Shown here one piece after another: positions 13,362 to 27,000 of a stretch of DNA of 64,000 bases. A program made the position numbers and the translations under genes. The notes under the pieces were generated by a model, which was given only the letters and a program-made list of their open reading frames with translations, was not told the origin of the DNA and ran no database searches. The DNA comes from Anaeramoeba ignava BMAN (lineage: Eukaryota; Protista; Anaeramoebae). The first letter of the stretch is position 1. The number at the start of each line of letters is the position of its first letter. The stretch is taken from contig JAPDFW010000079.1 of NCBI GenBank assembly GCA_028826165.1, positions 310,001-374,000 of the forward strand, given 5' to 3'.

Positions 13362-16234
13362 ATGGTAGATAATGATTTTCATTCTCCTTTTTTATCGGAA
13401 AACAAAAACAGATTTCAAACTCCAAAACCTTCAAAAATTCAAAACATGTTCTATTTTCCAAAAAAAAATCCGCATTTCACTGATCCAATACCGATAAATA
13501 AATTTCCAAGGGATTTATCTAAAATTCTTTCTAGATCTCCTCGTGATTTAATTCAAAAAAGAAATTCCAAATTTACTTTTAGTAATTTGTTTAATATGAA
13601 TTCAAAAAACAAATCACAAAATGATTCAAATTATGAAGATGATTTAAATTATGAAGATGATTTAAATTACGAAAATGATCCCAATTATGAAAATGATTCA
13701 AATTATGAAAAATATTCAATTTATGAAGATGATTCAGATTTTGAAAAAGATTCTCTTTATCAAGATGATTCAGATTATCAAACATATTCAAATTTTGAAA
13801 AAGATTTAATTTATAAAGATGATTCAAATTTTGAAAAAGATTCAAATGTTAAAGATGATTCAAATTTCGAAAAAGATTCAAATTATCAAAATGATAAAGA
13901 TTATCAAAATGATAAAGATTATCAAATTGATAAAAATTATCAAATTGATAAAGATTATCAAATTGATAAAAATTATCAAATTGATAAAGATTATAAAATT
14001 GATGAAGATTATCAAAATGATAAAGATTATCAAAATGATAAAGATTATAAAAGTGATCCAGATTATCAAAATGCTCCAAATTATCAAAATGATCCAGATT
14101 TTCAAAATGATTCAAATTTTGAAAATGATCCAAATTTTCAAAAAGATTTGAATTATCGAAATGATCCAAATTTTCACAAAGATTTGAATTTTGAAAATGA
14201 TCCAAATTTTCAAAAAGATTTGAATTTTGAAAATGATCCAAATTTTCAAAAAGATTTGAATTTTGAAAATGACTCAGAATTTCAAAACTATAGAGAATTT
14301 CAAGAAGATTTAGATTTAGATTTAGATTTGGATTTGGATTTAGATTTGGATTTGGATTATAATAAGGATTTAAACTTTGAAAAAGAATCAATCAGAAACG
14401 ATCAGACAGGTAATTTATTTTCTGAATCAACATTACAACTTTTTAATTTGTTATTTATTTATCATTTAATTTTCGAAATTTAGTTCCGAATCCTTCTCAA
14501 AATAAATCATTTCAATCCAAAAAATCATTAGAAAAATTGAATTTTTTGGATTCCAAATTGGAAAGTAGATCAATCGATAATTTATTTCCATTTTCAAAAA
14601 TACCAGAACTTCCATCCAAAACAAAAACAAAAACAAGAAGAAGACATAATTCAGTGAAGCAAAAATCAACCCATTCTCCATTTTTATTCTCAAAACAAAG
14701 TCATTTTCGATCGGATTATCCAAATTTATATGAGCATATGAATAAAAAATCTCCAAAAAACTTAAAATTAAAAGAAAATGAAAAATCAAAATTAAATCAG
14801 AAACAAAACCAAGAATTATCTGAAGAAAATTTCAATCAAATTGATTTTTCAAAAACATCAAATTTATTGAATAAATCAAAAACTGAAGAATTGATCAATA
14901 AATATATTAATGGAAATGGAAATGGAATTGATTTTAATGAAGATATTGGGAATCAAATTGAACATTCTGGAAATGAAAATGAATATAATGAAAATGAATA
15001 TAATGAAAATTATAATTTGGAAAATCACAATTCAATAAATAATAAAATTGAAAATCAACATCAACACCTTATAAAAAATATAAATACAGGAAATGGAAAA
15101 AATCCTTCTTTCTCAAATTACCAAAATCCAAATCAATACCAAAATTTATTGTCTCAAGAAAATGAACAAATTTATGAAGATAAAAAAGATGATATTTTGA
15201 AAATATTATCTCAATTAATTCAAAAAAAAGAAGAAGAAACACAACAAAAAAACGTTCAAGAAAACCAAATCGAAATTGAAATTCAACATCAAATTGAGCA
15301 TTTTAATTTAAACGAATCTAATCAAATATTCCAAAAAAAAGTAAATGAGTGGAAAAATGATTTTTGGAACAAAATTACAAAATTTATGGATCAAATGACT
15401 ACACCATTTGGCACACAATTTTACCCGCTTTCAATTCTGAAAAACCAAATTTCTTCAATTACAACTCAACAAACTTCTGAATCAGCAAAAATGGTTGAAA
15501 ATATTTTTGAAAACTCATTCAAATCACATTTCCCAAACATTTTGGATAAATTAATCAATAATAACCAAAAAATTGTTGAGCAGAATTTATTGCTACTTCT
15601 CAAACAATCTAATAATCAAAAAATTCAAGTTAAAAATGTGGATCAAACAAAAAATCTATTCCAGGATTTTTCTCAAAATTTAAACAATAAATTCACTTTC
15701 ATAAAAACAGAAGAATTAGAAAAAGAAATTAACGAAAAAAAAGAAGATTCATTGCAATCAATATTAAATTCATTATCGAAAAAGCTTGAGGAATTCAAGT
15801 CTTCTTTTTCTCAGTTAAAATTCAATATCGAATCAAATTATCCAAATCAAACTCAAGAAACAAATGAAAATTTCTCCCAAAATTTCAATTTGTTGAGTTT
15901 TCTTTCTTCAAATTCAAAAAATTTCATTCAACAATTAAGTCAAATTGATCCTCATCAATTTTTTCAAACAAGAAATTTTGATCCTCAAACAATTAATGTT
16001 TTATCAATAAATCTTTGTGGTATTCTTGAAGGAAACCCAGAGATTGCTTTAAAATGGATTTATTTAATGCTCTTTTATAACAAAGATTTTTTTCATCAAA
16101 ATTCAACAACTTTATCTCAAATTAATTTTTCTTTATATCAATTTATTCAGAAAACTCATTTCCAATCAAAAAATCAAATTCTCATTTCACAAAAAGCACT
16201 TGAATTAATTGAATCAATTTTTATGGAAATTTAA
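13362..16234 (+). CDS. N/D-rich repeat protein with C-terminal helical region resembling the EDC4/Ge-1/VARICOSE C-terminal domain; exons 13362-14409, 14484-16234
   Basis: Intron G|GTAATT...TTTAG|TT joins the two ORFs in frame. Hexapeptide repeats (YQNDKD, ENDPNFQKDLNF) are present. The C-terminus LSQIDPHQFF...LSINLCGILEGNPEIALKWI resembles my recollection of the EDC4 CTD. The gene is solid; the product call is tentative. Confidence 0.6.
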
Positions 16235-16402
16235 ACAAACTAATTGAATGTTTGTTATGTTATTTTGTTTCTTTGTTTGATTTTTAAATTTTTTGATTTT
16301 TTGATTTTTTGAATTGATTCCATTATTTAGTAATTAGTTTGAAAAAGCAAAAGAAATTGAAAAGAAATTTTTAAAATTAAATTGAAAATTTTTTATATTT
16401 TT

Positions 16403-19400
16403 TTATTTAATTGAAATTGATTGTGAAATTGAAGAGAAAAATTCTTGTCCTTTTTTTGATTCTTTGACTCCCCAAAGTTTAATAGAAGAATCATCAGAAC
16501 TTGTTGCAAGAATAGGTTCATAAGGATGAAATGTAGCTGAATAAACAATACTATTATGTCCTTCAATAACTTGATAAATTGAATTTTGAGAATTTTCAAT
16601 AATTTCAAAAATATAAATTTTGTGATCAGAACTTCCAGTAGCAACAAGTGTTTTTTCATTTATTTTCGAATCAGAATCACTTGAAATTGTTCTAAAAAAA
16701 AAAAATTTGTCAAAAGAAAAAGAAAATTAAAAAAAGCAAAAATTTTTTTCGTTTTTTTTTTTTTTTTTTACGAAGTTTTTGAATTTGAATGAAAATAAGA
16801 ATCTTTTCCAACAAATATTGAATTTTTAATTGGCCAATTTTTATTTGTATGACCAATAAAACTTGTTATTAATTTCATTTTTGGTTGTTGATAAATACGA
16901 AGAACTAAAGAAAGAAAACAAATTTTTTTAGTTTTAATTTAATTTTAATTTTAATTTTAATTTTAATTTTAATTTTAATTTTAATTTTAATTTTAATTTT
17001 AATTTTAATTTTAATTTTAATTTTAATTTTAATTTTAATTTTAATTTTAATTTTAATTTTAATTTTAATTTTAATTTTAATTTTAATTTTAATTTTAGTT
17101 TTAATTTAATTTTTAATTTTAATTTACTATTATCGAAAGAATTAACTGCAATTAATGTTCTATCAAATCTTTCTTTTTTTTCATGACGTGAACGTCTTAA
17201 ATCAAAATAATCATTACTTGATCCAATATAAGAAATTGGGCGATCTGAGGATTGAATTGAATTCAAAGGTTCATTCATTTTTCTCAAATCAAAAAATTTT
17301 AAAATTCCTTTTCCAATTTTAAATTTAAAATTTAATTTTTTATCCGATTTTAATTTTTTATCCGATTTTAATTTTAATTTTAATTTTAATTTTAATTTTA
17401 ATTTTAATTTTAATTTTTTATCCGATTTTGATTTTAATTTTGATTTTTGATTTTAATTTTAATTTTAATTTTAATTTTAATTTTAATTTTAATTTTAATT
17501 TTAATTTTTATCCAAATTTAATTTTAAATTTACCCTTTGAATCACCAATAACTAAAGATGAATAATTTTTAAAAGCTTTCATTGTATTGACTACACTATC
17601 ATTTTTAATTATAGAAACAATAGAACCACGATTTTTATCATGTTTACGTTTATCTAAAACATAAACCATTTTATTTGAACATCCAGAAAAAAAAATATTT
17701 TGTTGTTCTGGATGAAATTCAATTGATTGAATCAATGCATTTTCAGGAAGTAAATATGTTTCATATTCTTCAGGTTCTGTTAAATTAAATAATGTAAGTT
17801 GTCTATCATATCCTCCTGAAAGTATATAATTTGAATCTCTTGTCCATTGAATATCTAATATCATTTGTTTATGATCTCCTTTCAAAATAATTGGCTAATT
17901 TTTATTTTAATTTTAATTTTGATTATGATTTTGATTTTGATTTTGATTTTAATTTTGATTTTGATTTTGATTTTAATTTTAATTTTAATTTTAATTTTGA
18001 TTTTAATTTTAATTTTAATTTTAATTTTGATTTTGATTTTGATTTTGATTTTGATTTTAATTTTAATTTTAATTTTTATTTTGGATTTAATTTTAATTTT
18101 AATTTTGATTTTAATTTTGATTTTAATTTTAATTTTGATTTTAATTTTGATTTTAATTTTAATTTTAATTTTGATTTTAATTTTGATTTTAATTTTGATT
18201 TTAATTTTGATTTTTATTCTAATTTTGATTTTAATTTTGATTTTAATTTTGATTTTTATTCTTATTTTGATTTTGATTTTAATTTTAATTTTGATTTTAA
18301 TTTTGATTTTGATTTTTATTTTAATTTTAATTTTGATTTTAATTTTAATTTTGATTTTAATTTTGATTTTTATTTTGATTTTGATTTTAATTTTAATTTT
18401 AATTTTGATTTTGATTTTGATTTTGATTTTGATTTTGATTTTGATTTTGATTTGAATTTTGATTTTAATTTTGATTTTAAATGTTTATTTGAGATAATCT
18501 CATAAAAAATAACAAAAATACTTCGTTATTTGAATCTCTCCAGATTCTAACTGTTTGATCATAAGAACAAGAAGCAAGAAATTTCCCACAATAAGAAAAT
18601 TTAGTTGTATAAACAGCACCTGTATGACCCTATCAATAATAAATTTGTTAAAAAAGTTTTTATCAAAATTTTTTGAAAATAAATTGATTTTATTTTGTTG
18701 ATTCAAATAAAAATACTCTAAGTTCATCAAGAAAAGTAAAATGTCCTTTATCTTTTGATTGATCTTCATTTTCTATTAAGCAATTTTATTTGAAAATAAA
18801 TTTAAATTAAATTTAAAATAAACTTGGAAATAAATTTGGAAATAAATTTGGAAATAAATTTGGAAATAAATTTGGAAATAAATTTGAAAATAAATTTGAA
18901 AATAAACTTGATGTTAATTTTGATAAAAATTTGGAAATAAATTTGAAAATAAATTTGGAAATAAACTTTAAAATAAACTTTAAAATAAATTTGGAAATAA
19001 ATTTGAAAATAAATTTGAAAATAAATTTGAAAATAAATTTGAAAATAAATTTGAAAATAAATTTGGAAATAAATTTGGAAATAAATTTGGAAATAAATTT
19101 GGAAATAAATTTGGAAATAAATTTGAAAATAAATTTGAAAATAAATTTGGAAATAAATTTGAAAATAAATTTGGAAATAAATTTGGAAATAAATTTGGAA
19201 ATAAATTTGGAAATAAATTTGGAAATAAATTTGAAAATAAATTTGAAAATAAATTTGGAAATAAATTTGGAAATAAATTTGAAAATAAATTTGGAAATAA
19301 ATTTGGAAATAAATTTGGAAATAAATTTGGAAATAAATTTGGAAATAAATTTGGAAATAAATTTGAAAATAAATTTGAAAATAAATTTGGAAATAAATTT

Positions 19401-20236
19401 GGAAATAAATTTGAAAATAAATTTGAAAATAAATTTGGAAATAAATTTGGAAATAAATTTGGAAATAAATTTGGAAATAAATTTGAAAATAAATTTGAAA
19501 ATAAATTTGGAAATAAATTTGGAAATAAACTTTAAAATAAATTTGAAAATAAATTTGAAAATAAATTTGAAAATAAATTTGGAAATAAATTTGAAAATAA
19601 ATTTGGAAATAAATTTGGAAATAAATTTGAAAATAAATTTGGAAATAAATTTGGAAATAAATTTGGAAATAAATTTGAAAATAAATTTGGAAATAAATTT
19701 GAAAATAAATTTGAAAATAAATTTGGAAATAAATTTGAAAATAAACTTGGAAATAAATTTGGAAATTAATTTGGAAATTAGTTTGAAAATAAATTTGGAA
19801 ATAAACTTAAACTTGATGTTAATTTTGATAAAAATTTTATTCAAACAAATCTAGATTTAAATAAAAAATAATTTCAAATTAACCTTGATTATTTAATTGA
19901 GATGAAAAATTAAACGAATGATCTGAATGTTCTTTAATAAAAAACTTATCAATTTCTCCCTAAAAATAAAATTTGAAAAAAAATTGCTTTTGTTTTTAAA
20001 GAAAAATTCATCATAAATTTGAATTCAAAAAATACTTGATGAATTGGTTGATATTTTTTTCCTGAACTTTCAAATTGAAAAAGAAGATTATTATAATGAT
20101 AACTTAATTCAAAAATTGATCTTTTTAAATCAATATTTTCTTTTTCAAATTGATCGAATTTTTTTTTTAAAATTTTATTTTCTTTTGAAATTGTTTTGAG
20201 ATGATTTTTATAATAATTTTCGGAATTTGAATCCAT
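16403..20236 (-). CDS. WD40-repeat protein with N-terminal coiled coil; eight exons, all introns GT-AG
   Basis: Spliced product includes GHTGAVYTTKFSYCGKFLASCSYDQTVRIW, YILSGGYDRQL, GHTNKNWPIK, ATGSSDHKIYIF and GHNSIVYSATFHPYEPILATSSDDSSIKLWG. The frame is consistent across all junctions. Confidence 0.9.
16930..17525. repeat. Two intronic (AATTTT)n tracts (16930-17125 and 17320-17525) flanking a WD40 exon
   Basis: Directly visible. Confidence 0.85.
17900..18480. repeat. Intronic (GATTTT/AATTTT)n repeat
   Basis: 6-bp unit; produces spurious ILIL/FDFN ORFs. Confidence 0.9.
18815..19815. repeat. Intronic 12-bp array (ATAAATTTGGAA / ATAAATTTGAAA)
   Basis: About 1 kb of two alternating variants in WD40 intron 2. 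Confidence 0.92.
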
Positions 20237-20289
20237 TTAAAACTTTTCTAAAAATGAAAAATGAAAAATGAAAAATGAAAAATGAAAAT

Positions 20290-22535
20290 TTGATATAAAA
20301 TTGATATAAAATTGATATAAAATTGATTTAAAATTGATTTAAAATTAATATAAAATTAATATAAAATTGATTTAAAATTGATATAAAATTAATTTAAAAT
20401 TGATTTAAAATTGATTTAAAACTTTTCTAAAAATGAAAAATGAAAAATGAAAATTTGATTTAAAATTAATTTAAAATTGATATAAAATTGATTTAAAATT
20501 GATTTAAAATTGATTTAAAATTGATATAAAATTAATATAAAATTGATATAAAATTGATATAAAATTGATTTAAAATTAATATAAAATTGATTTAAAATTG
20601 ATTTAAAATTAATATAAAATTAATATAAAATTGATATAAAATTGATATAAAATTAATATAAAATTAATTTAAAATTGATATAAAATTGATATAAAATTGA
20701 TATAAAATTGATATAAAATTGATATAAAATTGATTTAAAATTGATATAAAATTGATATAAAATTGATATAAAATTGATATAAAATTAATATAAAATTGAT
20801 ATAAAATTAATATAAAATTGATATATAAAATTGATATAAAATTAATATAAAATTAATTTTAAAATTGATTTAAAATTAATTTAAAATTGATATAAAATTG
20901 ATATAAAATTGATATAAAATTAATATAAAATTGATATAAAATTGATTTAAAATTGATTTAAAATTGATTTAAAATTGATTTAAAATTGATTTAAAATTGA
21001 TTTAAAATTGATTTAAAATTGATTTAAAATTGATTTAAAATTGATATAAAATTAATATAAAATTGATATAAAATTGATTTAAAATTGATATAAAATTAAT
21101 ATAAAATTGATTTAAAATTGATTTAAAATTAATATAAAATTGATATAAATTGATATAAAATTGATATAAAATTATCATAAAATTGATATAAAATTGATTT
21201 AAAATTGATATAAAATTAATTAAAATTGATATAAAATTGATTTAAAATTAATATAAAATTGATATAAAATTGATTTAAAATTGATATAAAATTGATTTAA
21301 AATTGATATAAAATTAATATAAAATTAATTTAAAATTGATATAAAATTGATATAAAATTAATTTAAAATTGATTTAAAATTGATTTAAAATTGATTTAAA
21401 AATTGATATAAAATTGATATAAAATTGATATAAAATTGATATAAAATTGATATAAAATTGATTTAAAATTAATTTAAAATTGATATAAAATTGATATAAA
21501 ATTGATATAAAATTGATATAAAATTGATATAAAATTAATATAAAATTGATATAAAATTAATATAAAATTGATATAAAATTGATTTAAAATTGATTTAAAA
21601 TTAATATAAAATTGATATAAAATTGATAAAATTGATTTAAAATTAATTTAAAATTGATATAAAATTAATATAAAATTGATATAAAATTGATATAAAATTA
21701 ATTTAAAATTAATATAAAATTGATATAAAATTGATTTAAAATTAATATAAAATTGATATATAAAATTGATTTAAAATTAATTTAAAATTGATATAAAATT
21801 GATTTTAAAATTAATATAAAATTGATTTAAAATTGATTTAAAATTGATATAAAATTGATATAAAATTGATATAAAATTGATATAAAATTAATATAAAATT
21901 GATTTAAAATTGATTTAAAATTGATATAAAATTGATATAAAATTAATATAAAATTGATTTAAAATTGATTTAAAATTGATATAAAATTGATTTAGAATTG
22001 ATATAAAATTGATATAAAATTGATTTTAAAATTAATTTAAAATTGATATAAAATTGATATAAAATTGATTTAAAATTGATATAAAATTAATATAAAATTG
22101 ATATAAAATTGATTTAAAATTGATTTAAAATTAATATAAAATTGATATAAAATTGATATAAAATTAATTTAAAATTAATATAAAATTAATATAAAATTAA
22201 TTTAAAATTGATTTAAAATTGATATAAAATTGATATAAAATTGATATAAAATTGATATAAAATTAATATAAAATTGATTTAAAATTAATTTAAAATTGAT
22301 ATAAAATTAATATAAAATTGATATAAAATTGATTTAAAATTGATATAAAATTGATTTAAAATTAATTTAAAATTGATATAAAATTGATATAAAATTGATA
22401 TAAAATTGATATAAAATTGATATAAAATTGATTTAAAATTGATTTAAAATTAATATAAAATTGATTTAAAATTGATTTAAAATTAATATAAAATTAATTT
22501 AAAATTGATTTAAAATTAATTTAAAATTGATTTTA
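20290..22535. repeat. Intergenic 11-bp array AAAATT(G/A)AT(A/T)T
   Basis: About 200 units visible between the GMF 3' end and the WD40 start. Confidence 0.93.
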
Positions 22536-22674
22536 AAAAGAAATGAATTTATTTGTTTTGTGTTGTTTTGTTAAAAAAAAAGTATCAAGAAGAAGAAAAA
22601 GAAAAAGAAGAATTTTTCTTTTTGTTTTTTAAAAGGAAGAAAAAAGAGAAATTTTTTTGGAAAGGAAGAAAAAA

Positions 22675-23302
22675 TTATCTGTAACCTTTCAATTTCTCTT
22701 TTAACCAATCAGAAGTAAGAACTGAAGTTTCCTGGACATCATAAACATGGACAGATTTGATTTCATCCATGATAGTAATTTTAGTACTTGTGTAAATCAT
22801 GTTTGTATAAGTATTTAAACCAGGAGGACAATAAAAGATAAAAATAATTGGAATAGAAAATCTTGAATAAGCATCGGAAACATCATGAACGTGCTTATAA
22901 CTATACACTATATATCTTGGTGCTGCTGATGGTAATTCTTCAGCAATCTCCTCAATTGTCGTTTCAGATAATTTCTTATCAACTATAACTTCTTTAGTTT
23001 TCATATCAATTTTTACTTTATTTTTTTTTAATTAATTAATATTATTTTTTATTATTTTTTATTTTTATTTTTACAAATTAATGCTGTGTTAATTTCCTGT
23101 TTTCCAAATGAAAGTGTTTTGTATTGATCTCTAAAATCTTCACTTAATTCACAAATTCCAAAACTCTAATTTTATAATTTTAATTTTAATTTTAATTTTT
23201 AATTTTAATTTTAATTTTAATTTTAATTTTTAATTTTTAATTTTAATTTTAATTTTAATATTAATTTTAATTTTAATTTTAATTTTTAATTTTAAATACC
23301 AT
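22675..23302 (-). CDS. GMF: Glia maturation factor (ADF-H family, Arp2/3 debranching factor); exons 23302-23300 (ATG only), 23165-23075, 23015-22675
   Basis: Spliced product MSFGICELSEDFRDQYKTLSFGK..NTALILKIDMKTKEVIVD...IAEELPSAAPRYIVYSYKHVHD...RFSIPIIFIFYCPPG...MIYTSTK...LTSDWLKEKL matches GMF signatures. Confidence 0.9.
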
Positions 23303-23669
23303 TTTCTGTTATTTTTTTTTTTAAAAAGAAAAAGAAAAAAATGAAAAAAAATCAAAATGAAAAAAAATTTAATTTTTTTAATTTTTAAATTCCACTTTTT
23401 TGATTTAATTAGAAAATTTTTTAAAATTAAAATTAAAATTAAAATTAAAAGGAAAAGAGTTTTTTTTTGATTATTTTTTATTCTTTTTGTTTTTTTGTTT
23501 TTTCCCATTAAAAAAAAGTAAAAAAAAAATAAACGGAATTGAAAAAAAAAAGAAAAATTGAATTGAATTGAAAAAAAAGTAAAAAAAAAAAGAAAAAAAA
23601 GAAGAATTGAAATGGGAAAAGAAAATTCCGTTCATTTTGAAATTGAAATTGAATTTGAAAATTCATAAT

Positions 23670-24062
23670 GATTTTGATTTTGATTTTGATTTTGATTTTG
23701 ATTTTGATTTTGATTTTGATTTTAATTTTGATTTTAATTTTGATTTTGATTTTGATTTTGATTTTAATTTTAATTTTGATTTTGATTTTGATTTTGATTT
23801 TGATTTTGATTTTGATTTTGATTTTGATTTTGATTTGATTTTTAATTTTGATTTTGATTTTAATTTTGATTTGGATTTTGATTTTGATTTTGATTTTGAT
23901 TTTGATTTAGATTTTGATTTTAATTTTGATTTTAATTTTAAATTTGATTTTGATTTTGATTTTGATTTTGATTTTAATTTTGATTTGGATTTTGATTTTG
24001 ATTTTGATTTTGATTTTGATTTTGAAATTGATTTTAATTTTAATTTTGAATTTTAATTTTAA
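23670..24062. repeat. (GATTTT)n repeat immediately 3' of the RNF213-like stop
   Basis: Directly visible. Confidence 0.9.
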
Positions 24063-24064
24063 TT

Positions 24065-27000
24065 TTAAAGTTGTTTCCTTTTATTGAAAATATATCGATA
24101 TGCTTCTCCTGTATATTTACTAGTTATTTCTTGCGGAAAATGATCTTTAATAATTCCACTTTCTCCTTCATATTGAAGTAATATTGAAATATTATGAAGA
24201 TATTCTTTTATTTTTTGATCTGTTTGAATTGTCCGAGTTTTTTCAATAAAAAGATTCTCAAATAAAAACTTCTCAAAAATAATAATCAATTTATCCAAAT
24301 CAATTTTCTGACAAAATAAATCTAAACTCTTTTCATATTCGGGTGGAATTTTTGATAAATAACTCTTATCAATTTTCTTAAGAATATTTTCCGAATACAT
24401 ATCAATATTATTCTTAATAAATCTTAAATGTTTGAGTTTTAATGAATGAATTAATGAAACATTTTCCAAACCAAGAATATCAATACCAAATTGATTTGCA
24501 AATACAAAAAGTGTTTGTTCTGGTAACAATGAATCAACTTTTTGAATGTTTGAACATAAATGGATAATATTTTCATAAAATAATTTGAAGTTTTTAATTG
24601 AGAATTTTTCAATAAGTTCATCAAGAATTTGATTCCATGTTTGCTGTGGAATATCCATTTGATTCCATCTTGAATCATTCAAAAATGAAATATCTAATAA
24701 AATCAAATCTGTAAATTGGAAATTACTCACAATAATTGAAATGTTATCTTTCTTGAAAAATGTAACCAATTTTTGTTTCAAAATCATTTCAAATTTCTCA
24801 AAATCGTTTTCTGGATAATAGAATTGCATGTATTCATTAATTTCCTTGAAATCAAAATTAAATGTTTCATCAATAGTTCTGTTATTAATATCAGATTTAT
24901 GGATTTTTATTGGAAATTTAATCATTTTCTCTTTTGGCTTTTTAATACCTTTTTGATTCAAAAATGTTTCATTGAAAATTTCTTTTAATTTCCGATATTC
25001 GTTGCAAATATAATTAACTAAATTATCAATATTTGGAGAATTATTAGGATATGAAAGAACTTTGATAATTGGTGAATCTTCTGAAATTAATTGGATTTTT
25101 TGTGATACTCTTTCTTCAATCTGATTTAATTGTGAGTCTTGTTTTATTTCAATAAAGTTTTTATTCAGCTGAGTAATTTCATCATTATTCATTTCACACA
25201 AACAAAGTTTCCAACATTCTTTAAATTCTTTTATCCAATTATCAATGTTTTCTTTCATTTCTTGTTTTTCTTCATTAATAATTTTAATGAAATCAGTAAT
25301 TTTGATTTGATTTGATTCTTGGAAACTGATTTTACTATTGTATTGGGAATTTATCAAACTAATAAATTTGAGAAAGGATGGTAATAAATCAATCATTTTG
25401 AATTTAATGAAATTATCCAAAAAGAATTGAGTAATTGGATATTTTTGGATGTTTTTAATGTTTGAAGGTTTCAAAAATTGAGATAATAATAAATTAGATG
25501 ATGGAGATATAAATAATAAATCTTTGAATTTAAATGATTCTCCAATTTTTTCAATATTAATTTGTTTAAGAATTTCTTCATGAGAATTAATATAAATATT
25601 TTGTAATAAATCTTCCCATTTCTGGAATTTATTCATTATAGTTCCATTATCAAGTTCATTTGTGTTTAAAGTGGAAATTTTTGATAAGAAAAGAATGTAA
25701 TAGAGTTTCGTATTTGATAATGTTAAATTAAGAAGGTTTGATAAATGTTTCATTTCATTATAAATTAAAATGGAAATATCTTCAATAATGTCTTTGCTTG
25801 AATCGTGATTTTTTTCAATAATATCCAATGTTTTCAATGAAAAATGAATAATTCTTGCAATTTTTGTTGGTATAATAAATTTAGTATCTCTTAAACTGAA
25901 CATTTGATTTGGTTCTTCATAATCAGAAATTCCAAAAATATTCTCATATAATTTTTCATTAGTTAAAAATCCAACATTTATTTCATTGAAAAGTGGAGAA
26001 GCAACATGTTTTGTTTTCAAATATTTTTCTCCTGTTTCAACAACTACAACAAATATTTTTTGGAAATTTTCTTTTATTATATCAACTTTGCTAAGAATAT
26101 AGTTAATAGTTTCTTTTATTTGATTTTGTTTCTCATTAAGATTTTGATTTTCGGTAAATGAGGAAGTTATTCTTGTAAGAACGAGATGCTTTTGGTCTTC
26201 TTTGATTTTTCCTTTCAAATATTCCAAACAAAATCCATAAAAAAATCCTTTTTTATCAAGAATTTCATTTTGTCTAAAAACTTGTAAAAATTTCTCTTCA
26301 AATTCTTTTTTAGATGAAGAAATTCTTTTTGATGCAAAAATATCATATTCTTGGAAAAATTGTTCAAGAACAATTTCTGAAACACCTTTAACTTTGTTCT
26401 TTTTGATGATCTTCTGGATTTTGAATAATATGATGAATATATTGAATTGAATTGCTATATTCTTGGAAAATATCATTTGTTTGATCAATTTCAGGATATA
26501 ATTTTGATTGTAAAAATAAGGAATGTGAATAAAAATCATTTTTTGTGTATTGGAAAAGAGCTTGTAAAAATGTAAAAGTTATCCATTCAATATTTTCTGA
26601 TGAAAATTTTAAATATTGTTTCAAATTATTGAAAATTGTTTTTCTAAAATCTAAATTGGATTTTGTAAATATCAATAAGTAATTAAAGAAAATTGTAAAT
26701 AAATTTTGGAATTTAAATGAATCATTCCCTTTTCCAAAAAAATTAAGTAATCTTTGATTTGGTTTGTTAGAATTTAAATTTTCGTTGATCTTATTGAAAA
26801 AATTAATAATTTGTTTGTCACTTTTTTGGAAAATTGAAATTTTAATCAAAATTTGGAAATAAATTTCAAAAAAATTAATTAATTCTTGATCAGAAATATC
26901 TTTTGTTTTGTTTTCATCCAAAAAGAAACTTAAGAACTCTTTTTTTGAAATTTCATTTTGAATACTTTTGAATTCTTGAGTTTGGGATATTTTTGATAAA

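Noticed and set aside
17865-19854. Long ORFs of ILIL, FNFD, FISK and INLE repeats
   Set aside because: They are stop-free readings of intronic 6- and 12-bp tandem repeats inside the WD40 gene.
20290-22535. Telomeric or interstitial telomeric repeat
   Set aside because: The unit lacks G-runs and sits between ordinary genes.
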